The notes: generated by a model from the sequence alone, not told the origin. Positions 20,711 to 30,916 are shown, numbered from the stretch's first letter. The stretch: DNA of 64,000 nucleotides from a candidate division WWE3 bacterium RAAC2_WWE3_1 (GCA_000503835.1 CP006914.1:157218-221217), one strand, 5' to 3'. Translations and numbers: made by a program.

Positions 20711-22045
20711 ATGCAAGACGTTTACCTGTCACTTAATAACAATATCCTCAGGCTCACATATATCGGTAAGGAAGGCTTAAAAACTTATTCCGCGCAGTTA
20801 GCCGAAGACATCGTTTCGGATACTAAAATATTGGACATTCAGCGCTATGCCGATGAAGTTACAAAGGGTATCGCTCAGTTAACAAAGATCTCTCTGGCGA
20901 AATTAGAACTTACCGTAATCACCGAACCGGAAGACACGATCCTGAGATTTATAATGGTTAACAAGCGCGACGGCGACAAAAACGAGCAGTTACTGAATGA
21001 TATGAAGTCCAAGATTACGGAAGCTTCTTTAGAGGATCTCTACTTCTCGTACCAGAAAATCGCTCCGTTCTTGTATCAGTTCATCGGTGTGAAAAAGCAG
21101 TATATGGACAACTTATTGGAACTGACGACCGCACTGGGTGTTTCTCTCAAAAATGTTGTTCCGTGGCTCATCTTAATGCCGAAATATGTGGGAACTAATG
21201 ACCCGGCGGTGTTTATATGCCGTGTGGACGGAAGTCACGCTATGGCTTTGTCCGAACTTAACGGAATATTTTACAGCGGGGTGAGTAATAAAGAGGTTAC
21301 AGCGGATCAGCTTGAAAGTTTCGTAGCCGATCTGTCGCTCTATAAGAAAAAGACGCCGGTCAAAAAAGTTTACACGCTGAACTACCGGGATTTTGACGTC
21401 AAAGGATTTGAAGTTTCCGAGATAGGACTTCCTCCGATAAACAACGAGTTCGATGATGAGTTCAAAGTCAATATGCTGGTGAACTATATGATGGATACCG
21501 AACCCGATATTACTTTTTGTCAGATGAACCTACTTAATCTAATGCCTTTGCCGTCGGTGGTAAAAAGTAACAAAAGTTTGGTCTACGCGGGTGCCGCCTC
21601 CATACTTGTTATTGCAGGAATCCTTTCCTTCTTTCTCTTTTTTAATAAGAGCGGAAAGAATGATAATTCCCAGGTTGCGTCAGCCGTTGACCAGAACGTG
21701 CTGAGCGAACAGACTTCTCAGAATGAACCTCAGCCCGTACAACCGGTTCCACTCAATAAAGCCGACCTTAAAATAATGGTACTGAACGGTTCCGGTATAA
21801 ACGGTTTAGCTGCAAGGACGAAGACCCTGCTGGAGGAAAAGGGCTACAAGATTGTGGATATAGATACTGCCAACGAAGCCCGGGAGGACACCCTGCTGAG
21901 GTTTAAAAAGGATAAACTTGCCTATAAAGAACTTATACAAGGAGATACCAAGGAGGCGTTCCCGCAGGTTGTAGTAGAGGACACTCTGGCGGACACCGAA
22001 GGGTACGACGTGCTCATAGTGGCCGGATCCACTGCCGAACTGTAG
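20711..22045 (+). CDS. Membrane protein with C-terminal LytR_C-type domain
   Basis: Central TM (VYAGAASILVIAGILSFFLFF). C-terminal DLKIMVLNGSGINGLAARTKTLLEEKGYKIVDIDTA...VLIVAGST resembles the LytR/CpsA/Psr C-terminal domain. The N-terminal 260 aa is unassigned. Confidence 0.55.
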   Translation: MQDVYLSLNNNILRLTYIGKEGLKTYSAQLAEDIVSDTKILDIQRYADEVTKGIAQLTKISLAKLELTVITEPEDTILRFIMVNKRDGDKNEQLLNDMKSKITEASLEDLYFSYQKIAPFLYQFIGVKKQYMDNLLELTTALGVSLKNVVPWLILMPKYVGTNDPAVFICRVDGSHAMALSELNGIFYSGVSNKEVTADQLESFVADLSLYKKKTPVKKVYTLNYRDFDVKGFEVSEIGLPPINNEFDDEFKVNMLVNYMMDTEPDITFCQMNLLNLMPLPSVVKSNKSLVYAGAASILVIAGILSFFLFFNKSGKNDNSQVASAVDQNVLSEQTSQNEPQPVQPVPLNKADLKIMVLNGSGINGLAARTKTLLEEKGYKIVDIDTANEAREDTLLRFKKDKLAYKELIQGDTKEAFPQVVVEDTLADTEGYDVLIVAGSTAEL

Positions 22046-22118
22046 GAAGCCGGCAGCGGAGGTTATGGCGGTTTGAAGGGAATTCTTGCCCAAACTTCAA
22101 AATTAGTGTAAGATTCCA

Positions 22119-22589
22119 ATGTTTTCTATGGATAAATACGCGATAATTAAAATAGGCTCTGCACAATATAAGGTACACGAGGGGGAAACCCTTACCGTGG
22201 ACAATCAAAACGGCGAAGTTAACGCCGAAGTGCTTCTTTTTTCGGACGGAAAAGAGACAGTTTTGGGTGCCCCGACAGTAAAAGGCGCTTACGTTAAACT
22301 TAAGATTACGGGTGCCAAAAGAGGCGACAAACTTCGTGTTTCCAGGTTCAAGTCTAAGTCAAGATACAGAAAGGTGAGGGGTTACAGAGACACCCTTTCC
22401 GAGCTATTGGTCGAGAAGATCGGTATCGGTGTAAAGCCCGCTGACGAAGAGAAAAAGACGGCCGAAGCTTCTAAAAAGATCGAAGTTAAGGCTGAGAAAC
22501 AGGGAAAGGCAGAAAAAAAGCCTGTTGTTAAAAAAGTTGCAAAAACGGCTGTTAAGGCTAAAAAGCCGGTCAAAAAGGAGATTAAATAA
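22119..22589 (+). CDS. rplU: 50S ribosomal protein L21 with Lys/Ala-rich C-terminal extension
   Basis: N-terminus YAIIKIGSAQYKVHEGETLTVD is L21-like. A K/A-rich tail follows. Confidence 0.88.
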   Translation: MFSMDKYAIIKIGSAQYKVHEGETLTVDNQNGEVNAEVLLFSDGKETVLGAPTVKGAYVKLKITGAKRGDKLRVSRFKSKSRYRKVRGYRDTLSELLVEKIGIGVKPADEEKKTAEASKKIEVKAEKQGKAEKKPVVKKVAKTAVKAKKPVKKEIK

Positions 22590-22592
22590 CAT

Positions 22593-22853
22593 ATGGCACA
22601 TAAAAAAGCCGGTGGATCAAAAGCGAGACAGGGCGGAAATGTATCGGGCAAAAGGCTTGGTGTCAAGGTATTCGGTGGATCTTCGGTAAAGGCCGGAGGA
22701 ATAATCATCAGACAGCGCGGAAGGACATTTGCTCCGGGTAAAAATACCGACATGGCAAAAGACTTTTCAATATTCAGCAAAGTAAACGGAATAGTAAAAT
22801 TTTCGTGGCTGACAAAAAAGAAAAAGAAGATCGAAGTTGTGAAATCTGAATAA
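22593..22853 (+). CDS. rpmA: 50S ribosomal protein L27
   Basis: MAHKKAGGSKARQGGNVSGKRLGVKVFGG is the L27 signature. Confidence 0.92.
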   Translation: MAHKKAGGSKARQGGNVSGKRLGVKVFGGSSVKAGGIIIRQRGRTFAPGKNTDMAKDFSIFSKVNGIVKFSWLTKKKKKIEVVKSE

Positions 22854-22858
22854 ATTTT

Positions 22859-23425
22859 TTATTTCGTTGCATTTTTCCCGCCGTTGAGTAATCTGATATT
22901 ATCGAGCGGATAAAACACCGCCAGCGCTCTTCCGATAATCGTCTCTTTTTGAATAGGCCCCCAGTATCTTGAATCCGTACTTTCGGCTCTGTTATCTCCC
23001 ATTACTATGTAATAATCCGTTCCGATTTTGTGCTCCTGACCCTCCGGTAAAAAATCTCCTGCTTTTGTAACAACATTATTTGACAGATAGGGTTCTTCAA
23101 GTTTACTGCCGTTTACGAAAACAAATCCGTTCTGTATTTTAATTATTTCTCCCGGGAGACCGATAACACGCTTTATAAGCAGATCAGACTTAGTTTTCGG
23201 GTGCCAGAAAATTATAACCTCTCCGCGTTTAATCGGATCGAATTTGATGGATAATTTTTCCGCGATAATTTGTTCCTTGTCAACCAGATAAGGATGCATA
23301 GAGCTTCCGGATACCTCCAGGAATTGTCCTACAAGTATGTAGACCAATAGAAAAACGGTTGTCCCTATCAGAAAAAGTTCTATTAAATCGACTACCGCAC
23401 TTTTGATACTGAATTTACGCGCCAT
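22859..23425 (-). CDS. lepB: Signal peptidase I
   Basis: N-terminal TM, Ser box GSSMHPYL, Lys box region, and VMGDNRAESTDSRYWGP. Confidence 0.88.
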   Translation of the reverse strand: MARKFSIKSAVVDLIELFLIGTTVFLLVYILVGQFLEVSGSSMHPYLVDKEQIIAEKLSIKFDPIKRGEVIIFWHPKTKSDLLIKRVIGLPGEIIKIQNGFVFVNGSKLEEPYLSNNVVTKAGDFLPEGQEHKIGTDYYIVMGDNRAESTDSRYWGPIQKETIIGRALAVFYPLDNIRLLNGGKNATK

Positions 23426-23504
23426 ATGGAAATTTTATAACAGTATGTAATAAATAACTAGGACGGAGATGAAAAATGCTGTAAAATAGGCCGGATAATG
23501 TAGC

Positions 23505-23577
23505 GGGTCCGTGGCTCAGTGGTTAGAGCGCTCGGTTCACATCCGAGAGGTCCCTGGTTCGATCCCAGGCGGGCCCA
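23505..23577 (+). tRNA. tRNA-Val (anticodon CAC)
   Basis: Hand-folded cloverleaf. Acceptor GGGTCCG/CGGGCCC, D-stem GCTC/GAGC, anticodon stem CTCGG/CCGAG with loop TTCACAT, T-arm CCTGG-TTCGATC-CCAGG, discriminator A. A genomically encoded CCA lies at 23578-23580. Confidence 0.85.
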
Positions 23578-23683
23578 CCATTTTTAGCAACGTTAACCCT
23601 CGCCGTCTTTATATGCTAATATCCCCCATACACAGTTAGTATATTTAGTATTGACTCTCACTAATTTTTAGCAAAGAATTATT

Positions 23684-25246
23684 ATGGGACAAAATATGGA
23701 TAATAGATCATACTCGGATTTTAATAACTCAGACAACGACCCTGGCGGCCTGCCAAATGATTCTGCTTTTCCTATCTCAATGCCCGATATAGATAATATG
23801 GAATTTTTCAGGACTCCCTCTACTAACGGCAGGAAGTCCAAAGCCTGGCATGAGAAAGAGATTCCCATTAGAATAAATTCTTTTAATAAACCGGAAGGAA
23901 TAGAGATAAATATTGAGTCGACACTAATAAAAGAACACAGGCTTGTAAAATACCCTGACGATATCTGGCAGGACTATCCGGAGGAAAACAAAGCTAAGTT
24001 AATAGATAATATAGCCTACATTTTTACAGCTCACTTGCCGATGCTGCTAAAGGGCAACATTAGGCTGGAATACAACACCGGGTATCCGCAGTGCTTTTCA
24101 TGGTCACAGCATTCTTTTATGAGGCATCTGCCCCTGTATTGGTATTACTACAGAAAAAGGGGCATAGGGGTGGTGCCGATGCTTAAAACACTCTTGAATT
24201 CAAGAGCGTATTTTTGTGACACCACGGACTCTCCTCCCGAGTTTCCTATAAGCACCGATGAGAATGTTATTCTTCCTTTTACTTTCGGTAAAGACAGTTT
24301 TTTAACTTATCAGGTTTGTCGTGAATTGAAACTTAATCCCATTTTGGTGTTTTTTAACGACCCTACATTTTGGGGTTTTGAGGGTTACCACAAAAAGATT
24401 TTGTTCGACGATTTTTTGAAAATTAATAAACACGAACATTATTTCCTGGAAAATCCCCTGGAAGGTTTAAGAGATAATGGGGACGGCTGGTTTGGGTGGG
24501 AATTGAGTCTCACCTCTTGGGCGTTAATGTGTTTACCTCTTGCGTACAAATATCAGGCAGGTTACATACTTTTCAGCAATGAAAAAAGCGTCAACGCATT
24601 TTATTATGACGACTCCGGTTTCAAAGTTGTCCCCGAGTATGAGCAGGCTTATCAGGCAACAGAAGAAATGTCCTTGCTCACGCAGGCTATGTCCGAAGGC
24701 GAGCTTTACACATCTACCTTTTTACAGGGATTAAACGATTTGGGAATAGTCGCAATTCTGAACGAAAATTACGCGAAAGAGACTTTTCCCTATCTTATGT
24801 CCTGTTGGGACGGTAGTGAAGAAAAGAGATGGTGTGGTACGTGCACCAAATGCGCAAGACTGTACCTTTATCTTTCGGCAATGGGCGTAAATCCATTGGA
24901 AGAGGCCGGTTTCGAGGACGATATGTTCAGTGAGGACAAGATAGATCTGTACAATGCCTTCGGAGAGAAGGCCTCAGGTCTGGGCTGGGATTCTTTCGGT
25001 TTGAACAAAGACGAGCAGGAACTGTCTTTTTACATCTGCGCAAAATCGGGTAATCAGGCACCGCTCGTGCAAATATTCAGGCAGTCAGAAGCGTATCTGA
25101 GAGTAGAACAGAACCTACCGGCGCTTGTAGATGAATATCTTGGTCTTCATGAGGAACATTCATCGCCGTTGATATGGAGAACACAAATAAATGAAATATT
25201 CGACAAAGCGCTGAAGAAGGTAAGAGAAAGAGTACTTAGTTTATAA
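23684..25246 (+). CDS. QueC-like PP-loop ATPase with zinc ribbon and ~200-aa N-terminal extension (function unknown)
   Basis: PP-loop-like FTFGKDS (cf. SGGxDS). C-terminal SCWDGSEEKRWCGTCTKCARL = C-x9-C-x2-C-x2-C, the QueC-type zinc motif (SCY...CGxCxxCxLR). 520 aa, far longer than QueC (~220 aa). Confidence 0.55.
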   Translation: MGQNMDNRSYSDFNNSDNDPGGLPNDSAFPISMPDIDNMEFFRTPSTNGRKSKAWHEKEIPIRINSFNKPEGIEINIESTLIKEHRLVKYPDDIWQDYPEENKAKLIDNIAYIFTAHLPMLLKGNIRLEYNTGYPQCFSWSQHSFMRHLPLYWYYYRKRGIGVVPMLKTLLNSRAYFCDTTDSPPEFPISTDENVILPFTFGKDSFLTYQVCRELKLNPILVFFNDPTFWGFEGYHKKILFDDFLKINKHEHYFLENPLEGLRDNGDGWFGWELSLTSWALMCLPLAYKYQAGYILFSNEKSVNAFYYDDSGFKVVPEYEQAYQATEEMSLLTQAMSEGELYTSTFLQGLNDLGIVAILNENYAKETFPYLMSCWDGSEEKRWCGTCTKCARLYLYLSAMGVNPLEEAGFEDDMFSEDKIDLYNAFGEKASGLGWDSFGLNKDEQELSFYICAKSGNQAPLVQIFRQSEAYLRVEQNLPALVDEYLGLHEEHSSPLIWRTQINEIFDKALKKVRERVLSL

Positions 25247-26471
25247 ACTCATCGTACAAAAGGTCCCAAAGCTCCGTGTAACCCCCATCGTAGCCTAATG
25301 CCCATATCCCCACGCCCATCAGGCTGTTGTTCTTAATGAGCTCATACTTAACAGCGAGCGACCTTTGGTTCTCGTAAAAAACCTGTCTCTGCTGTCCTGT
25401 TTCTTCGCTGATGTAACTAAAATAGGGCACCTGTCCCAGAGCATCCCACATGACTTTGGGCTTGATATTAATGAGCAAGTTCATGATAGTTTCATAAGAT
25501 TGGGATTGAGAAAAACCGATATTTTCGTTGCCGTCGATCCTCTCAGCGTATTTTTCAGGATTGCTCACGACCCAGTTATAGCCATAATACGGAACACCGA
25601 GCAACAGTTTATTCGGGGGCACTATAGCCAGATAGTCCCTTAGCATTGTCTCTATATCGTATTCGGAGTGAACATCTTTACCTCCGATGGGAGCAACGGG
25701 ACCCGCCGTGTCGGATGTCGGTCTGTGAAAGTCGTAGCCCATGATAAAAATGCCGTCACTATTTTTTGCCAGATTTTCAAGGTCTGAACTCACGCGTTCT
25801 TTGACAGGCGAATCGGCAAAAGCGGACACGACCACACCCGAGTTGCCGTATTTTTTGTCGAGTTTTTCATTTGTGTACTTGGTAAATTCAGAAAATTTTA
25901 CGGCCATTTCTTTTCCTGTATATTCAGCGTATTCAAAATTCAAATTGACGTCGGTAATACCTTTTTCATCAAGCTCGGTGTAAACATTTGTCAAAAAGGT
26001 GTCCCAGCATTCCCGGCAATTTAGAAAAGCATCGTTGTTTTCATCGCTGTGAGCTACCAATGTGAGAGCGAAATTCACCCCGAATTTTTTGCTGGCCTGA
26101 ATAAGCTGCGGAATCTTTTCGTTTTCCTTCCAATTCCGATATCCGGGTTCGGCAATCCATATTCCGTCTGCATCCTCAACGGTTTTTACAAAATTACCTT
26201 CGCCGTTTATGTAAATACCGAAATAGGCGATATCGGTCAACCTGTCCAACTCGATAAATTCCATATTTTCCAGATTCCAGTAGGGCAGATATCCGTAAAT
26301 ACGATAAGCCGGCTTTTTCCGTTCTTTAAATAGTGAAAGTATGTCGAATGAGCTTGAGTACGGTGTCAGAGGGTGATTTTTGTAATCCAATTTACTTATA
26401 TACAGGCTAAAACCGCCCAGTATCGTAACGACAAGGAATAGTACCAGAATTATTTTTATCTCGGATCTCAC
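25236..26471 (-). CDS. Membrane-anchored glycoside hydrolase family 18-like protein
   Basis: N-terminal TM. YGYLPYWN, DVNLNFEYAEY (cf. DxxDxDxE catalytic motif) and C-terminal GVGIWALGYDG are characteristic of GH18. Confidence 0.6.
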   Translation of the reverse strand: MRSEIKIILVLFLVVTILGGFSLYISKLDYKNHPLTPYSSSFDILSLFKERKKPAYRIYGYLPYWNLENMEFIELDRLTDIAYFGIYINGEGNFVKTVEDADGIWIAEPGYRNWKENEKIPQLIQASKKFGVNFALTLVAHSDENNDAFLNCRECWDTFLTNVYTELDEKGITDVNLNFEYAEYTGKEMAVKFSEFTKYTNEKLDKKYGNSGVVVSAFADSPVKERVSSDLENLAKNSDGIFIMGYDFHRPTSDTAGPVAPIGGKDVHSEYDIETMLRDYLAIVPPNKLLLGVPYYGYNWVVSNPEKYAERIDGNENIGFSQSQSYETIMNLLINIKPKVMWDALGQVPYFSYISEETGQQRQVFYENQRSLAVKYELIKNNSLMGVGIWALGYDGGYTELWDLLYDEFIN

Positions 26472-26551
26472 CTGATAATTTTAAGCGTAAATCTTCAATA
26501 AATACAGCCGTTGTTTTCGGTCTAATTACCCATAAATGATAGAATTGGTTT

Positions 26552-27772
26552 GTGGCTATTCTAAATATTCGTAGGTACAAATTTTGGATCATCCTGCTGT
26601 TCTTATTTTCAAGTACGGTGTTAGTTTCGGCACTTGTTTTTTTAAGAGATTACATAGAGTACCGTGCAGAAAAAAAGGCAATAGAAGCGGAACAAAGACA
26701 GGTATACGTTGATCGTTTAGGGACGGCGGGGTCTTCGGGCGACTGCGCCGAGGTACAGGAAGTCGAGTATTACACGTACTCAGGTGACGATTCTCTTTGG
26801 AAAGAAAACAATAAGTTCGGTATATATATTTATGCGGAAGTAGACGAATTTTTTGACCGAGCCGAAGAACTTGTCAATTCCGGTAAGGGCGATTGGGGTT
26901 ATGTACTAATCCCTTACAACGTAAAGGACAAAAGTTTCGAAAAATGGAATAACGTTTTTAAAAAACTTAACGACAAACACTTGATCCCGGTCTTTCAACT
27001 ACACGATATAGATCCGGATGACTACAAAGACCAGACCGAGGAGGCCGCCGCATTTCTGAACAGATTCGTCTGGCCCCTAAGATACAGGTACATTAGCGTT
27101 TACAACGAACCTAATGACCGTAAGTTTTGGTACGATAGGGTAGATCCCGAGGAATATGCGAAAATACTGGATTATACAATTGATGTTTTTAAAGAAGAAA
27201 ACCCGGATTTTTTTATGATGAACGGTGCCTTTAACGTAACAGCTCCGTCCGATGATAATCACATGGATTCTTTAGAGTACATGCGGCGCATGGAAGTTTC
27301 GGAGCCCGGTATTTTTAAAAAACTCGATGGTTGGGCTTCGCATTCGTATCCTCAACCTAACTTTTCGGGTGACCCGTACAACGAAGGAAGGTGGAGTATA
27401 AAAGCGTACGAAACTGAACTAAGTTATCTTAAGAAGGTACTTAAGATCGGCAAGGACCTGCCCGTCTTTATTACCGAGACAGGCTGGGCCCACGCGGAAG
27501 GCACGGATTACAACAGTAATTACCTGCCAGTCGCCACAATTTCGGAATATTTTGAAAAAGCATACGAAGATGTGTGGCTTAAGGATGGGCGCGTCAGGGC
27601 AGTGATGCCGTTCACGATAAGATATGATCCTCCTTTTGACCATTTTTCATGGCTTAACGCCGACAATGTTCCTTACGAACATTTTGATGTGATTAGGGAT
27701 ATGAAAAAGGTAGAGGGAAAACCTCCCGCACTTGTCGTAAATAAAATTAAGGTCGGGGGTTGCGGACAATGA
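26552..27772 (+). CDS. Membrane-anchored clan GH-A (GH5/GH39-like) glycoside hydrolase
   Basis: N-terminal TM. Acid/base-like YNEPN and nucleophile-like VFITETGW motifs spaced as in (beta/alpha)8 clan A hydrolases. Confidence 0.5.
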   Translation: MAILNIRRYKFWIILLFLFSSTVLVSALVFLRDYIEYRAEKKAIEAEQRQVYVDRLGTAGSSGDCAEVQEVEYYTYSGDDSLWKENNKFGIYIYAEVDEFFDRAEELVNSGKGDWGYVLIPYNVKDKSFEKWNNVFKKLNDKHLIPVFQLHDIDPDDYKDQTEEAAAFLNRFVWPLRYRYISVYNEPNDRKFWYDRVDPEEYAKILDYTIDVFKEENPDFFMMNGAFNVTAPSDDNHMDSLEYMRRMEVSEPGIFKKLDGWASHSYPQPNFSGDPYNEGRWSIKAYETELSYLKKVLKIGKDLPVFITETGWAHAEGTDYNSNYLPVATISEYFEKAYEDVWLKDGRVRAVMPFTIRYDPPFDHFSWLNADNVPYEHFDVIRDMKKVEGKPPALVVNKIKVGGCGQ

Positions 27773-29046
27773 GTCTTTCGGTAACGCACAAAAAGATAGC
27801 TGCCAACACAATCTACCAATTGATAGGAAAAGTTATAAGTCTATCCATAACGGTTTTAGCTACGGTCATTGTCACGAGAACTTACGGAAGAGAAATTTAC
27901 GGTCAGTTCAGTTTGATGCAGGCTTGGCCCGCGCTATTCTTTGTAATAGTAGATTTCGGGATTAATGCTATAGCTACCAGGGAAATTTCTAAGGATTGGA
28001 GTAAGGCAGGGAAGTATTTCGGGAACATATTGCTTATAAGGGTGATATTTTCTATTGTGCTAATGGCAGTTCTATTTGCGGCATCGAGACTTTTTCCTTA
28101 CTCGCAGGCCCTTAAGACAGGAATTACTCTGAGCTTGCTGCTTATACTTACCCAGGCTCTTTTTACGTCGACCAACATTATATTTCAGGCGAAATTAAGG
28201 TACGATCTCTCGACGATAGGTTATCTGGCCGGTTACGCTCTTATACTTGTGCTTATCTATTTTCTGTCACAGGCAAAAGTAGATGTGATGTGGATCAGTT
28301 TCAGTTATGTTGTCGGAGGATTTGTTACATTTGTCGTAAATTATTTTTTCGTCCGGTCTTTAGGTGTGAGACCGGAGTTCGTTATAGACAGGCATGTTTG
28401 GGCGTATTTGCTGACGAGTTCTCTTCCGCTTGGTTTGATGTTTGTTTTCAGCCAGATAAATTTTAAAGCTGACTCTTTGCTGCTCTCGGTACTGCCTGTC
28501 CCGTCTTTTTTAAATGCATCAAACAACGAGGCTGTAGGTTTATACGCACTTCCGTACAAGATATTTGAAGTTGCACTGGTAATGCCCACTTTTTTTATGA
28601 ATTCCGTATATCCGGTGATGGTAGTTAATATGTCCGAAGGCAAAGAAAAATTGAAAAAGACTTTAATACAGTCATTGAAATTTTTGGTTGCGGCCGCCTT
28701 AGTGTTCTCCGTGTTAGGCTATATATTCTCTCCCCTGGCAGTTAGCATTTTGGGCGGATCTGAGTTTGAGGCTTCAATACCGGTATTGAGAATACTATTA
28801 TCGGGGCTTGTCCTTTATAGTGTCACCCAGCCTTTGGCCTGGGTTATTGTAACGATGGGGTATCAGAAATATCTTCCCGGAATTTATCTGGTCAGTGGTG
28901 TCTTTAACGTGACAATGAATTATATTTTTATACCTGCTTATTCGTTTTATATGTCGGCTGTGATAACCCATCTCTCCGAGCTTTTGATTCTTATCCTTTT
29001 AATAATTACTGTCCGGAAAATATGGCGTAAGACCTATGCTGCTTAA
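27760..29046 (+). CDS. Polysaccharide/oligosaccharide flippase (Wzx/MOP superfamily)
   Basis: 428 aa, about 12-14 TM helices. The N-terminus (ANTIYQLIGKVISLSITVLATVIVTRTYG) is typical of Wzx-type transporters. Confidence 0.7.
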   Translation: MRTMSLSVTHKKIAANTIYQLIGKVISLSITVLATVIVTRTYGREIYGQFSLMQAWPALFFVIVDFGINAIATREISKDWSKAGKYFGNILLIRVIFSIVLMAVLFAASRLFPYSQALKTGITLSLLLILTQALFTSTNIIFQAKLRYDLSTIGYLAGYALILVLIYFLSQAKVDVMWISFSYVVGGFVTFVVNYFFVRSLGVRPEFVIDRHVWAYLLTSSLPLGLMFVFSQINFKADSLLLSVLPVPSFLNASNNEAVGLYALPYKIFEVALVMPTFFMNSVYPVMVVNMSEGKEKLKKTLIQSLKFLVAAALVFSVLGYIFSPLAVSILGGSEFEASIPVLRILLSGLVLYSVTQPLAWVIVTMGYQKYLPGIYLVSGVFNVTMNYIFIPAYSFYMSAVITHLSELLILILLIITVRKIWRKTYAA

Positions 29047-30202
29047 ATACTTATTCTATATGCTGCTTGGTTCTCTGTCGCTGGGGCAGTTCGCAAGGGT
29101 CGGAGATTACTATCTTTTCGATTTGGCCGCAGCAGCCTTTTCCTTTTACGGCACAGTATTCTTTCTGATTAAAAGAAACTTAAAGATCCCCCGCTACTCG
29201 ATTCTTTTTATTATTTTCTCCTTGTGGGCAGGGGCGTCTCTACTGTTGAATTTTTATCGCTACGACAATGAGGAAGGGATAACTGCGGCATTTTATCTGA
29301 TAAGATACGCGGTATATCTTTTGTCGGCTTTGGTTACTTATAACATGCTGAGTTCCGGAATTATTGACCGCGGACAGTTGGAGAAGTATCTGACTTTTTC
29401 GGCTATTTTTTTAAGTGCGGCGGGACTGGTTCAATTATGGTTACTACCGGATTTCACTATGCTGGACCCTGCACTGGGATGGGATCCTCACAAAAATAGG
29501 GTAGCATCGACATTTTTTGACCCCAACTTTCTTGGAGCTTATTTAGTAACGGTACTGACCTTGATCTTAGGAAGTATTTCCGAAGGAAAAAAAGACAAAT
29601 GCAGATTAGTTTCGGCAGGTGTATTGCTGATTTTCATATTCCTTACATTTTCGAGAAGTGCCTGGGCTATGCTGGCCGTCGTGATCTTTATATTCGGTTT
29701 ATTCAAACAGCGTAGACTGCTTCTTTTAGGCTTGTTATTGGCATTTTTGGCTTATTTTCTTGTACCCCGAGTGCAGACCAGGTTAGTAGGCATTACCGAT
29801 CCTGCAGACTCGGCAAGGTTTAGACTGGTTTCGTGGAAAAACGCTATACAGATTTCGCGGGATAATATGCTGACGGGTGTGGGGTTCAACGCCTATAGAT
29901 ATGCTCAAAAAGATTACAATTTTCTTACCGCGGATAATATTTCCTCACGCTCGGGCGCCGGCGCTGACTCAAGTCTCCTGTTTGTTCTGGCTACGACAGG
30001 AATATTCGGTGCTTTGACGTTCGTCTCCGCCCTCGCGTTTCCCTTTCTTGATAGTGTAGTTTTTAAAAGAAAGTACGGTCTTGTGATAGCGAGCCTACTA
30101 CCGGCGTTGATGCTGGAGTCCCTTTTTTTAAATTCGTTATTCTATCCTCAAATTATGTTCGTGTTCTACGCCGTTATTTTTAGCTCGTCTCCTGATATTT
30201 AA
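29036..30202 (+). CDS. O-antigen ligase/polymerase-like (Wzy_C/WaaL family) membrane protein
   Basis: Polytopic, with the FTFSRSAWAMLAVVIFIF motif region characteristic of O-antigen ligase domains. Confidence 0.65.
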   Translation: MLLKYLFYMLLGSLSLGQFARVGDYYLFDLAAAAFSFYGTVFFLIKRNLKIPRYSILFIIFSLWAGASLLLNFYRYDNEEGITAAFYLIRYAVYLLSALVTYNMLSSGIIDRGQLEKYLTFSAIFLSAAGLVQLWLLPDFTMLDPALGWDPHKNRVASTFFDPNFLGAYLVTVLTLILGSISEGKKDKCRLVSAGVLLIFIFLTFSRSAWAMLAVVIFIFGLFKQRRLLLLGLLLAFLAYFLVPRVQTRLVGITDPADSARFRLVSWKNAIQISRDNMLTGVGFNAYRYAQKDYNFLTADNISSRSGAGADSSLLFVLATTGIFGALTFVSALAFPFLDSVVFKRKYGLVIASLLPALMLESLFLNSLFYPQIMFVFYAVIFSSSPDI

Positions 30203-30911
30203 CGTGTATGATCTCTTCGTTCCTGTTTCCGGCCTCATCGGTGGCCTCGATCTTTATTTCCACGTCTCCCGGTTTAACCCCCAAAACGTACTCGAAGGAC
30301 AGATCCGGTTTTTGAATCACCATTCTGTCGTTTATCTTTAATGTGGCTTTTTCGTTCACCGTTCCTGTGATTGTGATTCTTTTGTCCAGATTTTTAACGG
30401 TAGAATCGTCTTTGGGGGAATTTACCTCGATTTTGGGTGCTTCTGTGTCGAGTACGATTGAGAAGGTTTCACCCGCGTCGCTTTCTTCATTTTTTGTGTT
30501 CACGGCTTTCGCGAAGATGGTATTCCTTCCTTTTATAAGTTCTATGGAAATAAAATTAAATATCCCGTCGGCCCCTGTGGTGGTCTGGGCAACTTCGGGA
30601 CCGTTCACGAAAAGCTTAATAATTTCGCCTTCGTTAGCATATCCGGCCAGGTTTATTTTTGTTTCTTTAGTAGCAGTGGGCACATTTGTAAGTGTTGGGG
30701 GCCTTATTCTTACTTTCACGGCTTCCTCAGTATCATTTCTGTTTTTTGACAGTAGTCCGAACGCCGAACCGAAAGTCGGGGCAAACACAAACAATGCCAG
30801 AATAACGAATACGACTAATCCTATAATTCCCAACATCGTACGTATAAGCTTTTTCGAAAGTTCTTCTTCGCCCATACCGTATTGTTTACTTCTGTACCTT
30901 CTTGTTGCCAT
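30180..30911 (-). CDS. Membrane-anchored protein with Ig-like (Big-type) beta-sandwich domains
   Basis: N-terminal TM (MLGIIGLVVFVILALFVFAP) followed by repeated beta-rich segments (ITITGTVNEKATLKIN..., VEIKIEATDEAGN). Confidence 0.45.
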   Translation of the reverse strand: MATRRYRSKQYGMGEEELSKKLIRTMLGIIGLVVFVILALFVFAPTFGSAFGLLSKNRNDTEEAVKVRIRPPTLTNVPTATKETKINLAGYANEGEIIKLFVNGPEVAQTTTGADGIFNFISIELIKGRNTIFAKAVNTKNEESDAGETFSIVLDTEAPKIEVNSPKDDSTVKNLDKRITITGTVNEKATLKINDRMVIQKPDLSFEYVLGVKPGDVEIKIEATDEAGNRNEEIIHVKYQETS

Positions 30912-30916
30912 TTTTG

